A stretch of DNA of 64,000 bases from Chlorokybus atmophyticus (taxonomy: Eukaryota; Plantae; Mesostigma and Chlorokybus algae): contig RHPI01002090.1 of the NCBI GenBank assembly GCA_009103225.1, positions 1,730,854 to 1,794,853 on the forward strand, in the 5' to 3' direction. Under the pieces are notes generated by a model that saw only the letters and a list, made by a program, of their open reading frames with translations, was not told where the DNA came from and made no database searches. Both the position numbers and the translations under genes were made by a program. Of the stretch, positions 23,329 through 36,528 are shown piece after piece; the first letter of the stretch is position 1; every line of letters starts with the position of its first letter.

Positions 23329-26300
23329 CTAGTGCTTCCTTGGAGGCTTGCTGCGTCTCAGGTAACTCCTCAGCTGCGTTTTGGCTTCTTCCACTTCTTT
23401 CAACTTAGCAAGTAGCTCCAGCTCCTGCAACAAGGAGGTCAAGATAACACCATCCTTATGCATCCCAGCACACCACGCATCAGCAACCAATGAACTTGCA
23501 GTGGCGCAAAACCTTCAGGCTGCCAGCATCAAGATGTTGATGTGATGACTGTCGCGACGGCTCTCGTTCGTCCATTGCTCCCCACCCGGCATCGTACCTC
23601 CGCTGCATCGACGACTGCTGGCGCTCGGCCCGGCTCAGCTTCTGAGACAGACTGTCTATCTGCGCCTGCAGCTCCTGCTTGCTGCGCAGAAGAGTCTCCT
23701 CACTGTCCAGCAGCACCGACACCTGCACCGCAGGACCACATGTACTCCCTGGCGATATTGTATTCGCGAAGGTATACCCACATGCAATAGGCCACACCCA
23801 CGCACCTGTGCGGAGAGGTCGGCTGATCGTCTCTCCGCCGTCTGTTGGGCGGTTCTGAGCGCGCAAAGCTCTCTCTCTGCGGCTCCCGCACACTCCTCGA
23901 GTGCTGTGCGCGCGGCGTTGGCGTGCTCCAGCTGGAAGGCGAGGTCAGACACGCGAGCAGTCAGCCGGTCCACCTGCGTCTTGAGGTCGTGACGCTCAGA
24001 CTCAAACTGCGCAACCAACGCCTTCGTCTCCTCCTTCCTGCGCGAGCATTCATGCAGGGTAAAACGGGCTAGGCGTGTGCTTGCTTTCCAACGGTCTAGT
24101 GTACGCACGCACCATTTGGCCAGCAGCTGCTCCTTCACGGATAATATCTGCTGCGCCTCCAAAGCAGACCGGTTGTACAGAGTCACGGTTTGCTCCAAGC
24201 GCCCTGTCAGCGCCTTCACCTGGTCATCATGCAATGCAGTGCGTGTAAGGTTGTGCATGCGTGTGTGCGTGTGTGTGAGCAAGTGGCATGTTGTGACTCA
24301 CACGAGATTCATTAAGGCCACCTGGGTGTCAGAGTGTTCCTGCAAGCGCGCGATCTCGTCCTCGGCGTTGCGCGCCTCGATCTCTGTGTGCCGCTGCAGC
24401 AGCATGTTCTTTTCCTGCACGTCCTCTACTATGGCCTGGTATATATGAGGGTCAATGTACACGTATGTGGTTGCAAGTGTTGTACCTCAGCCAGCAACTG
24501 GCCTTGCAGGCAATACCAACAAGCAATGCGTAATCACCAGCACACAAACGTACCTGGAGCTTGATGCAAGCGCGTTTCCGGTCGTTGAGGTCTTCGCACG
24601 CCTTCTGCAAATGCATGGCGAGCTCCTGCACCTGTTTCATCCCAATCGCCATGACATAATAGTCAACACGTTTCAAACCATGACACGTAGTGCATACGTA
24701 CCTGTCCGTTGATCATTGTGCGTTCCCGCTCCCACTCGTTCTGCGCCCGCCGCTGCTCCAACACAACGCTCTCGGCATGCTCTCTCGCCTGCTCGGCCGC
24801 CCTTTCAGCCTCCTAACACACCACAAAGAAGAAAGGTTGAACACTTTGTCACGTGTAGTTGTGTGCAAGTGAAGGACTGTCCCTGCTTGTTGTTTCCCAC
24901 CTCGATGCGTGCTTGTACAGAGGCCATCTGTTGGTCCGCAGCGGGTGGTCTGCGTGCATTAGCGAGCAGCGCCTCACGCATCTTCTCAGCCTCCAATGCC
25001 GCAGCACGCTTGTCGCGCGCAGCGCGCTCGGCAGATACCCTCAGCTCCTCAGCCAAACCTGCACAGAAGTAGAAGAGCGAGAGAGTTTTGCACAGTACAG
25101 CTCGGACCACCAACACCATCAGGATTGATAATTACCATCACCATGATAATGCTAGCGACAAGCTGATGTTGACAATGGTGTCGCACCATCACCATCATAT
25201 AACACCATTGTCATCCTCATCTTCATCATGTTATGATGATGCTGATGACGTCTACGACAACGACAGCGACGTTAACTCTTCACCGTCGTCCACACGCACC
25301 TTCCAATTCAACAATGCGTCCTCTCATCCCCTCCTCCCTCTCCTTCCTTTCCTTCATTATCTCCCGCCTCTCCCTGCTCGCGCGTTCGTCGGCGTCCTTG
25401 CGCGCGGCCGCCAGACGCGACGCCAGGGACGACAGGACCGACTCAGCCTGGGAGGAGAGGAGGTCGTGGCGGGACTTGGAGGAGGAGGCCTCGTCACGCT
25501 GCGGGAGAGAGAGAGAGAGCGACACGCAAGAGGCAAGGTGTGTGACAATGCACATTGCGGTGAGAAAGAGACTGCGATATGCTGTAATAAGAAAGACTCA
25601 GGCAGCAGTCTCGAAGATGTGCTGTGAGATAGTGATGATTCATGCCCAGCTAAGATTGTACAGCAAAGCATAAGTAGTAGTAGTCCATTCTTACCAGCGC
25701 TAGAGCTTCCTGCATGCGTGCTTCTGTGTCCGCTTCATGCCGAGTCAGCTCCGCCACCCTTGCTTCAAGCGCAGTCACAGTCTGAACAACAGCCCCCCCG
25801 TATCTCAGTGTTGCGCGGGTGACGCAATTGCAATGGCAAGCGCATGCTCGTTCAGCAACACCAACAAACCTGCTTGAGCTCCTGCTTGTCCCGCTGCGCC
25901 TCAGCTGCCTCGCGCATGGCGGCGTGTAGGCGGCTGCGCGCAATGTCCAGCTCCGAGCCTCTTGTCGCAGCGCTCTCATTCGCCGCCTGTCAGCACCACA
26001 TTGGTTTAGAGGTCTTTATGGTCACGATACAAACATACAAAGCACTCAAAACTCTCATTGAGCGGAACAAAGCTGTGCATACACATACCATGGCATAACA
26101 ACATGAATATGTCATACATGTCATACACGTGTACACATTGCGCTGCGCCATGCCATGCGCGCGCGCGCGCTTGCGTACGCGCGCGCTAAGCACGATGATC
26201 ACCCACTTGTGCACTCTTCATCGCCGCAGCCATCTCCATCCTCATCGTCTCCATTCCCCCCTTCATCTGCGCAGCTGATTCAGCCGCCCCCCTCCTTTCC

Positions 26301-28260
26301 TCCTCCCTCTCCTCTCGTCCGCGCTCCACAGCAGACTCCGCCCCCGCCGCCCGCGCCGACAGACGCGCCACCTGCTCCCGCGCCTTCTGCAGCTGCGTCT
26401 CGCAATCGCGCTTCTCGGACTCCAACTCCGACAGGCCACGCTCGCCGTCCTCGAGACGGGCGAGGATGCTGCCGTACTCTTTACGCAGATGCACACCTGA
26501 ATGATGGTCACTGTGTGTGTCCGTGCATGTACGCATGTGTAACAACTGATGGACTTGTGACTACTTGTTGCTCTGTACCTTCCTGTGAGGCGGATTGCAA
26601 GCGTTCATGCAGTCGGTTGACTTCTTCATCCAGCGTCGTCTGCTGGCTGAGGAGGATCGCGTTCTCTTTGCGCAGAAGCTCCGTGCGCTCATGCTCCTCC
26701 TCTCTACATCAAGAGAGTGTGTTTCCTTGTGTCAAGAATTCCTGTTCACCCCCATTCAACAAACTACAACCACACATGCACGCACACGCACACGCACACG
26801 CGTACAGTTCCGGCAGCGTATGCGCCCGGTAGCTCGCATCCCTCTCACTTTCCATCCGCTCGACATCGGCAGCCAGCCTTGCCGACTCCGCCGCTGCGCT
26901 CTCTGCCGCCACACGCACGGCCTTCAGCTCGCTCTGTGTGGGAGGGGATACATATCACAAACACAACCACATGTTGGGGGAGATTGTGAGTGTCGGGGGA
27001 GTACCATGCTGGTTTGGAGCTGTGATTGTAGCTCGGCGGTGCGTCGGTCGTAGGCGGATAGCAAGGGCGCGAGCCAGGGCGTGTCTGGCAGCGAGGACGG
27101 CCAGCCCTCCTCGCCATCTCTGCTCCTGCAATGTTGGGTCACTTAGTATGCAATTATGTGCATGCGTGTGTGGGCGATTGGGTGCTCCTTCCGACGTGCT
27201 GTCAGAGTGCATGCTTACCGCCAGCCAAAGTCCTCAGAAGGCGGCAGCGGACCATCCCTTGCTTGGTAGCGTGCGAGCTCCGCGGACAGCCTCCGTACTG
27301 CGGCCACAAAACCTTGATAAAACGCACACGGCAAGTACACGGAGCGTAAGTGTCTACAAACGCACGAGACGGAAACATGACATGATCTTAGTATGGCAAT
27401 CAGTAGGGCATTTACCATGCAGCGTTTCAAGCAGGCATATAGTGTTGAGCGTGCCATGCGTTGTGAGCTCATTGTTAACCTCACAATCGCTGCACGCATC
27501 TGCTGGTCTGAATGCACTGGAGGGTCTACTCTTTGGCAAACCCTTTACCTGCATCCCCAGTGAGTGTGCGCGTCCGTGCAAGGTTACGCAACACAGTGCA
27601 GTCACTACCCCTACACAAAGCTTTTTCAACGAGAACGTGTCATTTTCATGATGATCGTGCACGGGATTGGTAACAAACTACTGTGCGTGTGCCGTAAGAG
27701 ACCGAGACACTGGGGATGGAAGGATGCACGGTATTGACTACACTACAACGTGTCCAAGTGGGCCGCAATCACGGCATCGTTGACTCCAGCAGGGCCCGTA
27801 TACCATTTGTTAGAGATTTTTCGAACAAAAGACAGCTGCTATGGACGTCGCTAATAAACCTTGTTGGTGATCGTCCTTATCAGCTGTGCATTCATGTCAA
27901 CAGCTGCAAAGCACACATTAGAGCCAAAGACAATTCGGCCACCTTTCAAGTGGAGGGAGTCAAGGCCCTCAAAGCGCACAGCAGGTGAGATACGAGGACC
28001 AGCAGGAAAGCCACGATGGTCACAGCACATAACACACGCCAAACCAGCCAAGCAACCAACAAACGAATTGCTAAACAAACCAACTCGCCGGACTTAGGTA
28101 GGAATGCGCAACCCCACAACACATACTGTATCACCGCCAAGCAATATAATGCACAATAAATCCCGCTCATTCCAACTCTTTCTCGCCTGTGTCCTCGTGC
28201 ACCCGCGCCGCCTGCTCGTCCATCGCCGCCGGCGCCCGCCGCGCCACGGACGTCGCCCGC
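23329..28260 (-). CDS. Long multi-exon coiled-coil protein, tentatively CEP89/CCDC123-like; 5' end uncertain
   Basis: Many heptad-rich exons; LPDTPWLAPLLSAYDRR and ELLRKENAILLSQQ recall my memory of CEP89 (PWL..YLSPLLLAYED; LVLEENKLLLEQ); last exon ELELLAKLKEVEEAKTQL..KH-stop at 23329. Confidence 0.5.
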
Positions 28261-28378
28261 CACGCCGCCCGCCTGACGCCCGCCAACCGGACAATTCTGA
28301 GCGAGCTCACGTGAGATGGACGGGCCTGTGCCGGTCGTTGCCCTTCAGGGGAACATACGCGGATTGCATCATCTTGTA

Positions 28379-28637
28379 CCGTAGTGACCAGGACTTTAGG
28401 TGTTGATTGAAACTTTGAGAGTTATTCGTTCAGGGTTTTTGCAGAGGTATAAGTGATTTCGTTTATTCCGCGCGACTTTTGGCACTTCTGCCGGCGCGTT
28501 ATTGACATCGACGCGGAGCGCGCGGCTCCAATTAGAATGCTTCCCTATGGTTCGGCTTTTGACCATACGCCTTGGTTAGAATAAGTTGATGGCACTTTTG
28601 GAATGGATTTTAACACGTAAAGTCCTGGTCACTACGG
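28379..28637. mobile_element. MITE, 259 bp, 26-bp TIRs beginning CCGTAG (pogo/Tc2-like termini)
   Basis: 28379-28404 CCGTAGTGACCAGGACTTTAGGTGTT and 28612-28637 reverse complement, 25/26 identical; left flank TA, right flank TT. Confidence 0.85.
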
Positions 28638-31600
28638 TTTTCTGATTTATGGCTCCAAATAGTATAAATTAGATCAATCCAGTGAGCACGAAGTTATAAT
28701 CGGCAAACGTTTTTATATCGTCATTGTTTATTGCTACAATGACGACAGTATACCCACGTATGAGAGGCCTGTTATGTCAAATTTAAGATTACATACATAT
28801 CTCGTGCGTGCACGCACGATATTAACAATGTTACATTACATGCTTCATGTCACTTACTTGACATCAACCCATTGCCTGCAACGAAGTATTGTTTGAGCGC
28901 GTTGAAATGAACAAGAATGTAAACATGTACAACTTATACTTTACATTATTTCGTTGTTGCGACTAAAAGTGAGCAACAATAAAATTTAGCAATAAGCAAG
29001 TCATGACATTGAGCAAGTAAACAGTTTTATGCATGCCGATAACGTATGTAACGTCGAAGTGTATAATCAATGATGACAATGAAGGCAACTGGTGCAATGA
29101 TTCTCACAACGCAGTGAATAGTGGGATTAATTTGATAGGGATTGGCGATTAATTCATGGTAGAGTAAATCAAGGGTCTTGATGAGAGTGACGCACTCACT
29201 ATTCACTGCGTATCATCCGCAAACCGATGATGAAACCGAATCAATGACAAGCATTTATAGTCCGCTTAGCGCCTATTTCAAGATGATTATATCGCAATTC
29301 ATGAAGCGAGACGTGAGCACAACGGAGACAAGTGCATTTCGCATGTGCTAGCTGCCAAAGACGGCTTTTAATCAAGAGCAAGCAATGGTAGTGTTTGTAG
29401 CACGCTCATACGGTTTCACAACAACGCACATGCGGTGAAAACTTCAACAGCAGCATGCGAGTGACGCTTACCACCGCGTCAACCATTGTCTGCGTATGGG
29501 CGGGTTACGAACAAAGCGAGGAAGCGGCTAACAGCCAAGCGCCTTCCAACTTGAACACAACAAGCTGATGATAATCCGAGGCACTTGCAATATGTTATGT
29601 AAAATTGTATGTACAAGTGCATTGCGCGGACATTACAATATCGTTCAAAACATGCACGACATCTACTTAAGAGTAGATGGTTATCTCAGGTAATAGCAAC
29701 CAAGGTTGCTATTACCTAAGTTACTACTTCAATCCATGTATCTAAGGACATCGTGGTTATGTCACTACAAGAATGATCAATGGACGTTAGATAGTTTTTG
29801 GGCCTGTACTGACTCATTACACTTGTGTGGATCGGATCCACACAACTTCTAATACGCGACCTATGTCGTGACTTGGGTAGGGGCCTGCAACAATGTAAAA
29901 AAACACAACCGGATTGATATGACATACACATGCGTGAAATGACATGCTTTTGTGGCGATTGTTGGCAATGCAACGATGCAACGGATTGCAATTGCTGTTG
30001 TTGTGTGTTAACAATTTTCATCAGCTGCAATTGAAGTTACACAAAAATAGATATCAGATGTTAATAGCAATTATAGCAATAGTAATAATATTATAATATC
30101 AATAGCAATAAGCACAATTGATTACGCATCTCACAGCGCACCTCGACTAGCAGGGGGAGCTTGCAAGTGACATATATGACGACATCGTCGTTGACAAGGC
30201 ATCCATCATAACTTTAATGCATCAATAATTATGGTTCAAAAAATTACAAAAGAGATATGCCAGATGAATATTGAACGTGATCATCATGATGCTCAAATTT
30301 TTGGGTGGTTAACCACCCCAGCCTCGCTCTGTTGCCATTACTGTCATGCTTATACAAAAAGCAAGTGATAAGATGTTTTGATTCAAAACCATTATGTTGC
30401 GAGCGCCCGCAGTTGAAAAATAGAAATAAATGGTTATGTCACAAGCATACAACCCCCTCATGCGGCAAAATCAGATGTACCGCCGCCGTTGCCGCTACTG
30501 CTGCCGCTGCCGCCGTTTGATGTGTTTTCAAGTTCAATACTAGGTGGGCTGATCAATGATAGTGCTTTTACAAATACTGCTATGACAATTCATGAGAAAC
30601 ATGCTATTGAGTGTTTAGGCCTCAAAAACGCAATTATATTAAAGCAGTCCCTGTAATGACTTATATTTGCGTAGGCTCGTATCCAGCCCCACATTTCAGA
30701 TGTGATTGTTTTTGAGAAATTCTTGCTCGTGCTATAAACTCCGTTCGCTCATGTTGATTGTAACTGTTTCAATTTGTTGATTTTCTGATTTTTTGTTGGT
30801 TTTCTCCCCTAACAAGAGTTCCTCTCAGCAAATGATGTTAAAGAGATTGCAGAGCCATAATCATCAATCTTTAGCATTATGTTGCGCAGTATTTAAATCG
30901 AAACAGGCTATTCATGAATACATTTTAGATTATGTTGCGCTGACACTTTGGGGCATAAGTTATGGCATGACATACAAATTGCAATGTTGATTACATAGTA
31001 CAGAATCGCTTCAACGTCTTTGCTCATGCATGACTACGATGCATATTGTATGCATGTGTAACCCAACTATATAAAGCTTCTTTTGCCTTTATGAATAAAT
31101 TATGCTTATGCAACATTACATGCTAGCGCACGCGCTCGTGTTCTCGCAATTTCATTGTAAATTACATAACCTCACCCTGCGAATTCATAAGTAGTACTTA
31201 ATGCCATGTCTCTCAATCATGCTAACCTGTGCAGCCAATGCTGTGTGTAATCAGTATGAATTGCCGTTTTGTTGATGTACATACAGCACACGGAGCTAAG
31301 CTAGTGAATACCTTTCGTCACATGGCATGACGACCCTGACCCTAACCCTAGTTAACCTTAAGTAGCTGATGCTAACATGCCGCTTACTGAAGACGCATGT
31401 CATTATTAAAGCGTAATGTTATAAAGCTGCAATAACCTGTATGATGCATGAGGTTGGTTGTAAGGGAGCAAGTGCATGCAAGGTTGGCTTCAGCGTCATG
31501 CTCTTGCTGCGCACGCATGCATGCTGCTAGCAGCTACAACTCAAACCCGTTGAAGCAGCAGCATGCAACTACGTACCAATGTTCAACATCGAACCCTATC

Positions 31601-32649
31601 ACTTTTTGAATAAGTTGCTTGCTGCGTAGGTTCCTTACATCTTAACCTTAACCTCAAGTTTTTGGTGCATGCTGCCGATGCTAGCTGCAAGCGAGAGCCA
31701 ATAGTGATGATCACTGTTCAATACTTTGAATTATCATAATGAAGAATGCTAAACATTAAGCATGTTGGAAAAAGCAGTTTGCATTCTGTGTTTTGTTTTT
31801 GTGATGGATGCATATTAGACAATGATACATTGAAATGACAACTTCATGGCCACAATAGTCCAATCTTGTATCTTCACGGAGTGTAGGTGCTCGTCAGAGT
31901 ATAATAGTCCGTTACAAATGAAATAGTTCTACTCACACAAGGCTTTTCGGGTTTTAATGCGTGGCTATAAAAATTATCAAACTTTCAAACGACATGCACG
32001 ATGGCGGCGGCAAGCAAACGGAAAATAAACATATATTATAATCGATACATACTTATTTCGTAACATAACAATATTATACCAAGGTTAAAAACGTTGTTGA
32101 TATGATCTGATTGAAATCTCAAACGAAGATGAGTGTTGTATAATTCCTTTGTGCGGTGGCCTACGGTCAATGGTCATGTCATATAATAACAGTGGTTTTA
32201 TAATCAGTAGAGTGCATGACAGCATAATGTGCTGCCATGCTCCCATGGTCATAAAACCTGCGTCATTATTGTGATACACCCTTGAACCTCATGTATTTAC
32301 CCCATTGAAGAGAATGATGGCATGCAGTTCAGCTAGTGTGATGGAAGATGGTTGATTACACAATTCATATTGATTGAACGTGGGCATGATGATATGCATA
32401 CTATTTGCACATTTCTATCATGAGAGTAAAGGGATTGCCAAAAGTCTAATATGTGCATGCAGCTACGCTTCTACGCAGGCCAGCTCAGCATGCGCACATA
32501 TCCACACAGTCGCTCACACATTTGCCCTCACTATGCATACAGACCTGCAAGCAGCGTAACCGCATGCAGCTTCAGCCCCATTTTATGCGATGGAAACTCA
32601 AGAAGACGCACGGCATTGGTATAAACAAAACATGTACCAAGGCTCTCCC

Positions 32650-35300
32650 CTACACAACCTCAGGCCGGTACCCTTCACTAACGAGTCCATGGTATCCTTT
32701 GGGACTATTGGCTCGCTGCTCGTTATTACACAGCACGGCCGTTTGCGATGACGGGGGCGCGCTGTAACAGTTGATCTTGCTGAAGAGTACCCTCAGGACC
32801 TTCTCCCTCTCCTCCCAGCTGAGCTCCGCCAGGTCCACGTCGTGCTTGCCGCGGGGCCGCTGGCTGATGCGAGGAAGCTGCTCTTGCTGCAGGTCGGTTG
32901 TTGTTGATGGGTTGGAGTCGCCCTTGCTAGTGATATTGCCGCTCTGCTTGCTGCTGTGCTTGATCTCCTCGCGAACGTGTGCCAACGACTCCACCAGAAA
33001 CTGCTCCACATCACTCCTCTGCTGCACCACCTGTGAAAGGGCATTGTGTGTATGTGTGCGTGCGCACACGCGCGTGAGCATCTGTTGATACTACACATGC
33101 TCTTAAACAAACTGATGTATGATTCAGCGCTGTCTACCTGTTGTGCTAGTTTGCGTATGTGCCGCAGCTCGCGTGTCTTGAGACGCACGAGCCTGGTGAG
33201 AGCCTCGCGTTCGGCGCGCGCTTCAGCGCCCTCCGCGGCGCGCGCCGAGTCCGCCGCGGCCCTCTGCGCCTCAAACGCCTTCACAAGCTCCCCGAGAGAC
33301 CTCTCCAGACTCCTCACCTGGTCATGTCACGCATAAGTATGGCGCAGAACAGTGACACCAACTTGTGTGGACAACAAAAAGAAGTGTGTCCAACCTTGGC
33401 GTTGGATTCCTTGAGGTCGCGCTGCTGCCGCGACCCCCTCAGCGCGTACTGCTGCTCCATCTCTTTCCCTATCTCCAGCTCTCGGGTGAGCCTCTTCTTC
33501 GCCTCTTCAAGCTCACTCTACCAAACCAACCACCACACCATGATTATCACACAACACCCCAACGCTCGCACCACCAACCCTCCCCTTAACAACCAATCAC
33601 CCACCTTCTGCTTCTGCAGCGCTTCGGTGAGCGCCAGGTTCCCCCTCAGGTCTTCTTCCACTCGTCTCGCATGCGCGATGACCCGTCTCACCGCCACTGC
33701 ATCCGCACTAGAGGATATCCCAGATGAGGACACCCCTCTGGCCAACACTCCACCCTCAAGCTCTTCTGCCGCCGCGCGTGCCGCCGCCGCCTCCGCCGCC
33801 CTTCCCTCCGCCTCGCGCCTCACGCGCACGGTCTGCTCGATGAAGCGGCGCTCGGCGTCCGCCACGCGCGTGTCGCCGTCGCGCTGGAGGAGGGCGTTGT
33901 CTTGTTGAAGTTGGGAGAGGAGGGATTCGACCTCGGATTGACGAGTGCGCCACTCGGTTACCGAAGTGAGGTCGCGCTGGAGGGTCTCAACCTGGGGGGG
34001 GGNNNNNNNNNNNNNNNNNNNNNNNNNNNNNNNNNNNNNNNNNNNNNNNNNNNNNNNNNNNNNNNNNNNNNNNNNNNNNNNNNNNNNNNNNNNNNNNNNN
34101 NNNNNNNNNNNNNNNNNNNNNNNNNNNNNNNNNNNNNNNNNNNNNNNNNNNNNNNNNNNNNNNNNNNNNNNNNNNNNNNNNNNNNNNNNNNNNNNNNNNN
34201 NNNNNNNNNNNNNNNNNNNNNNNNNNNNNNNNNNNNNNNNNNNNGGGTGTAAACTTGTGTAGTTGTGTATGCTGCAAGTTTGCTGAGTGTCTGCTTGTGT
34301 TGTGTGCTTGCCTGTGCGTGAAGGGAGGCGGAGGTGGAGGCTAGCTGCTCTTGTAGGTGCTGTTCTCGCTGCTGGGCTTGCTCCTGGGACTCTGCGCGCT
34401 CCCTTACGCTGTCTGCCAGATGCTGGCAAAGCAACGTACGAGGCTAGTGAGTATGTGCACACGTGTCTCACACGCAGGCCTTCAACAACATTCACTCTGT
34501 GACTATGTGTACGTCGGGCCTTACAAACCTTGTTAAACTTGGACATATGACAAACACATTCAGATTCGCACCTGTTCCAGCTGCGCCTCCAGCTGTAGTA
34601 TCCTCTCATTCTTGCGCAGGATCTCCTTGCGCAAGAACTCGGTCACCTCATACTGCGCACAACAGTCACATGTGAAGATGGAGTCCTATGTTCCACTATC
34701 TATTGTGAGTATGACAAAAGCGCAATTACACTGACGTTTTCCTGGATGGCAGTGTCGCGGTCCTCGTGCAGGGCGCGGTTCTCGGACACCAGCGCCTCCA
34801 CGCGCGCGCGGGCCTCCTCCAGAGCCCGCCGCTTGCGCTTGTTTCTGGAGATTATCACATCGCATTATTGATCAGAATCATACTACAGAACCGCACGTGG
34901 AGGTGCAATGGCGGTCAGGTTAGAGATTCGGCTGCACTAAATTAGGCTCGCCCTGTGCAAGTCAGCAACACTACAGGCTGCCCCATTGCAGCTGCACGAA
35001 ACTCACATACGAGTTCAATCAAGCAATCACAAGATGTCTTAATAATTCTGATGTTTGTAGTTCTTCTCTGAGTTTCAGTGCTCAGCAAGCGCCAGATGCA
35101 TCCCCTCGTTGACCAGGCCAGCACACGTTCAGATGCGTTTAATCACACCACCCCTCCACGTCCACTCACTCTTCCTGCAGCAAGACCAGCTGCGTCGCGG
35201 CGGTGGCGATGGTAGAGAAGGATGTGGACGCCCCTCCGCCTCCTGCGCTCGCCCCGCGGCTACCATCGCCGCCACCGTCCGCCGCCGCCGCCTTGCCCAT
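32650..35300 (-). CDS. BBOF1: Basal body-orientation factor 1 (CCDC176 family), multi-exon
   Basis: LVRLKTRELRHIRKLAQQV|VQQRSDVEQFLVESLAHVREEIK and VDLAELSWEEREKVLRVLFSKIN match the BBOF1 C-terminal signature; N-terminal coiled coil YEVTEFLRKEILRKNE; start MGKAAAADG at 35300. Confidence 0.82.
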
Positions 35301-36528
35301 CTCCAAGCACAACCCCAGAACAAACAAGTATCAGGCACTCACACTTGGCTGGCTCCCAAGTCTGTCTGGCTCACGTGACAGACTAACCCTAGTCCATTCT
35401 TCAGGTATGTCGCTGCGAAACTCCATCCCAGTCATGTATGGCGCAGCAGCCATCTGAGCAAGCTCGATATCAGTCCACGTTTGAAAAGTCTGACAACGTG
35501 ACTCGGATGACGCCGCTCAGGTGTATTCTGTTCTACTGGGCGGCTGTTGCGGCGGCGGAGGTGGTGGAGGTGGAGGTGGAGGTGGAGTGGGCGGCGGCGG
35601 CGGCAGTCGGTGGCAAGGCAGCAGTTGCGAGGACTCTTGTCTGTGCTGTTCTTCTCTTCACAACTTTTACAGCCGTCAAGGCATTCGGCGTGTGGCACCG
35701 GGGCTCGCTGCGACCTGACGCAAACCCGGCCTGTGGCGACTGCCACTGCTGCTGTGAAGCACAAAGTGGCCAATCCTGTATACCGCAAGTACGACAAACA
35801 GTCGCTTGAGAGAGTGTTCAAGTATGTTTCCGCTGTTGTTGCGGCTCAACAGTTCGGCCATTGGATGTGTTCACCATTTTGTGAACCTCTCTGTGTCCAA
35901 GGCACTGCATGTGTTCGAATTGTTCAATGCCAGTGGCGTCCAGTCCGCAGTCTGATCTGCGGCGTGTGCCGGTGACTGTGCCGTATGCACTTGCACTGGC
36001 GGCCTTTGTAAAGTTGGTGTGTCATGACAAGACCGTAGGCAGGAGGGCAGTTGAGCAAGCGTTGTGCACAAGCATGTCCTGTACACTGTGCAAATCCGTT
36101 CACTACTTTCATTGGTCTGTTGGTCTCTTCTGGTGCTGCTGTCTTGCACTCGGACGCATAGAACTGCACGCACGCATCGTGTGCATTGGCCAAGTTTGTG
36201 CGCCATCGTGCCAGCGCATACTTTCTGTGTGCGTGGTTAAGTCCAGTTTTGGTATGTTGCCACTTGTGCTGCGACTTGAAGTTTGGGTTCAAGCAAGCTG
36301 CTGCTCGCAGGCGTGTGAAGGTGTCTTTTGCACCTTAACAAGGCTAACCTGGAAGACACCCTTCATCAACATACAACAGCTCGAGTGCAGCACTTAGCCA
36401 CCGCCCACGTACAAGCACACGCCCGCTAGCTGCCAACTCCAAGCAGGTCAGTCCTGTTGAGCTGCTCTCAACCAAGTTGCATCCTCTTTACATCGTGCTG
36501 TGATGGCCAGAGCAAGGGAGAGAGAGAC

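Noticed and set aside
31330-31660. Interstitial telomeric array
   Set aside because: Only 2-3 degenerate units; insufficient
35438-36400. Overlapping ORFs between BBOF1 and the DUF627-like gene
   Set aside because: No recognisable motif or consistent exon chain; may be UTR or a small unresolved gene
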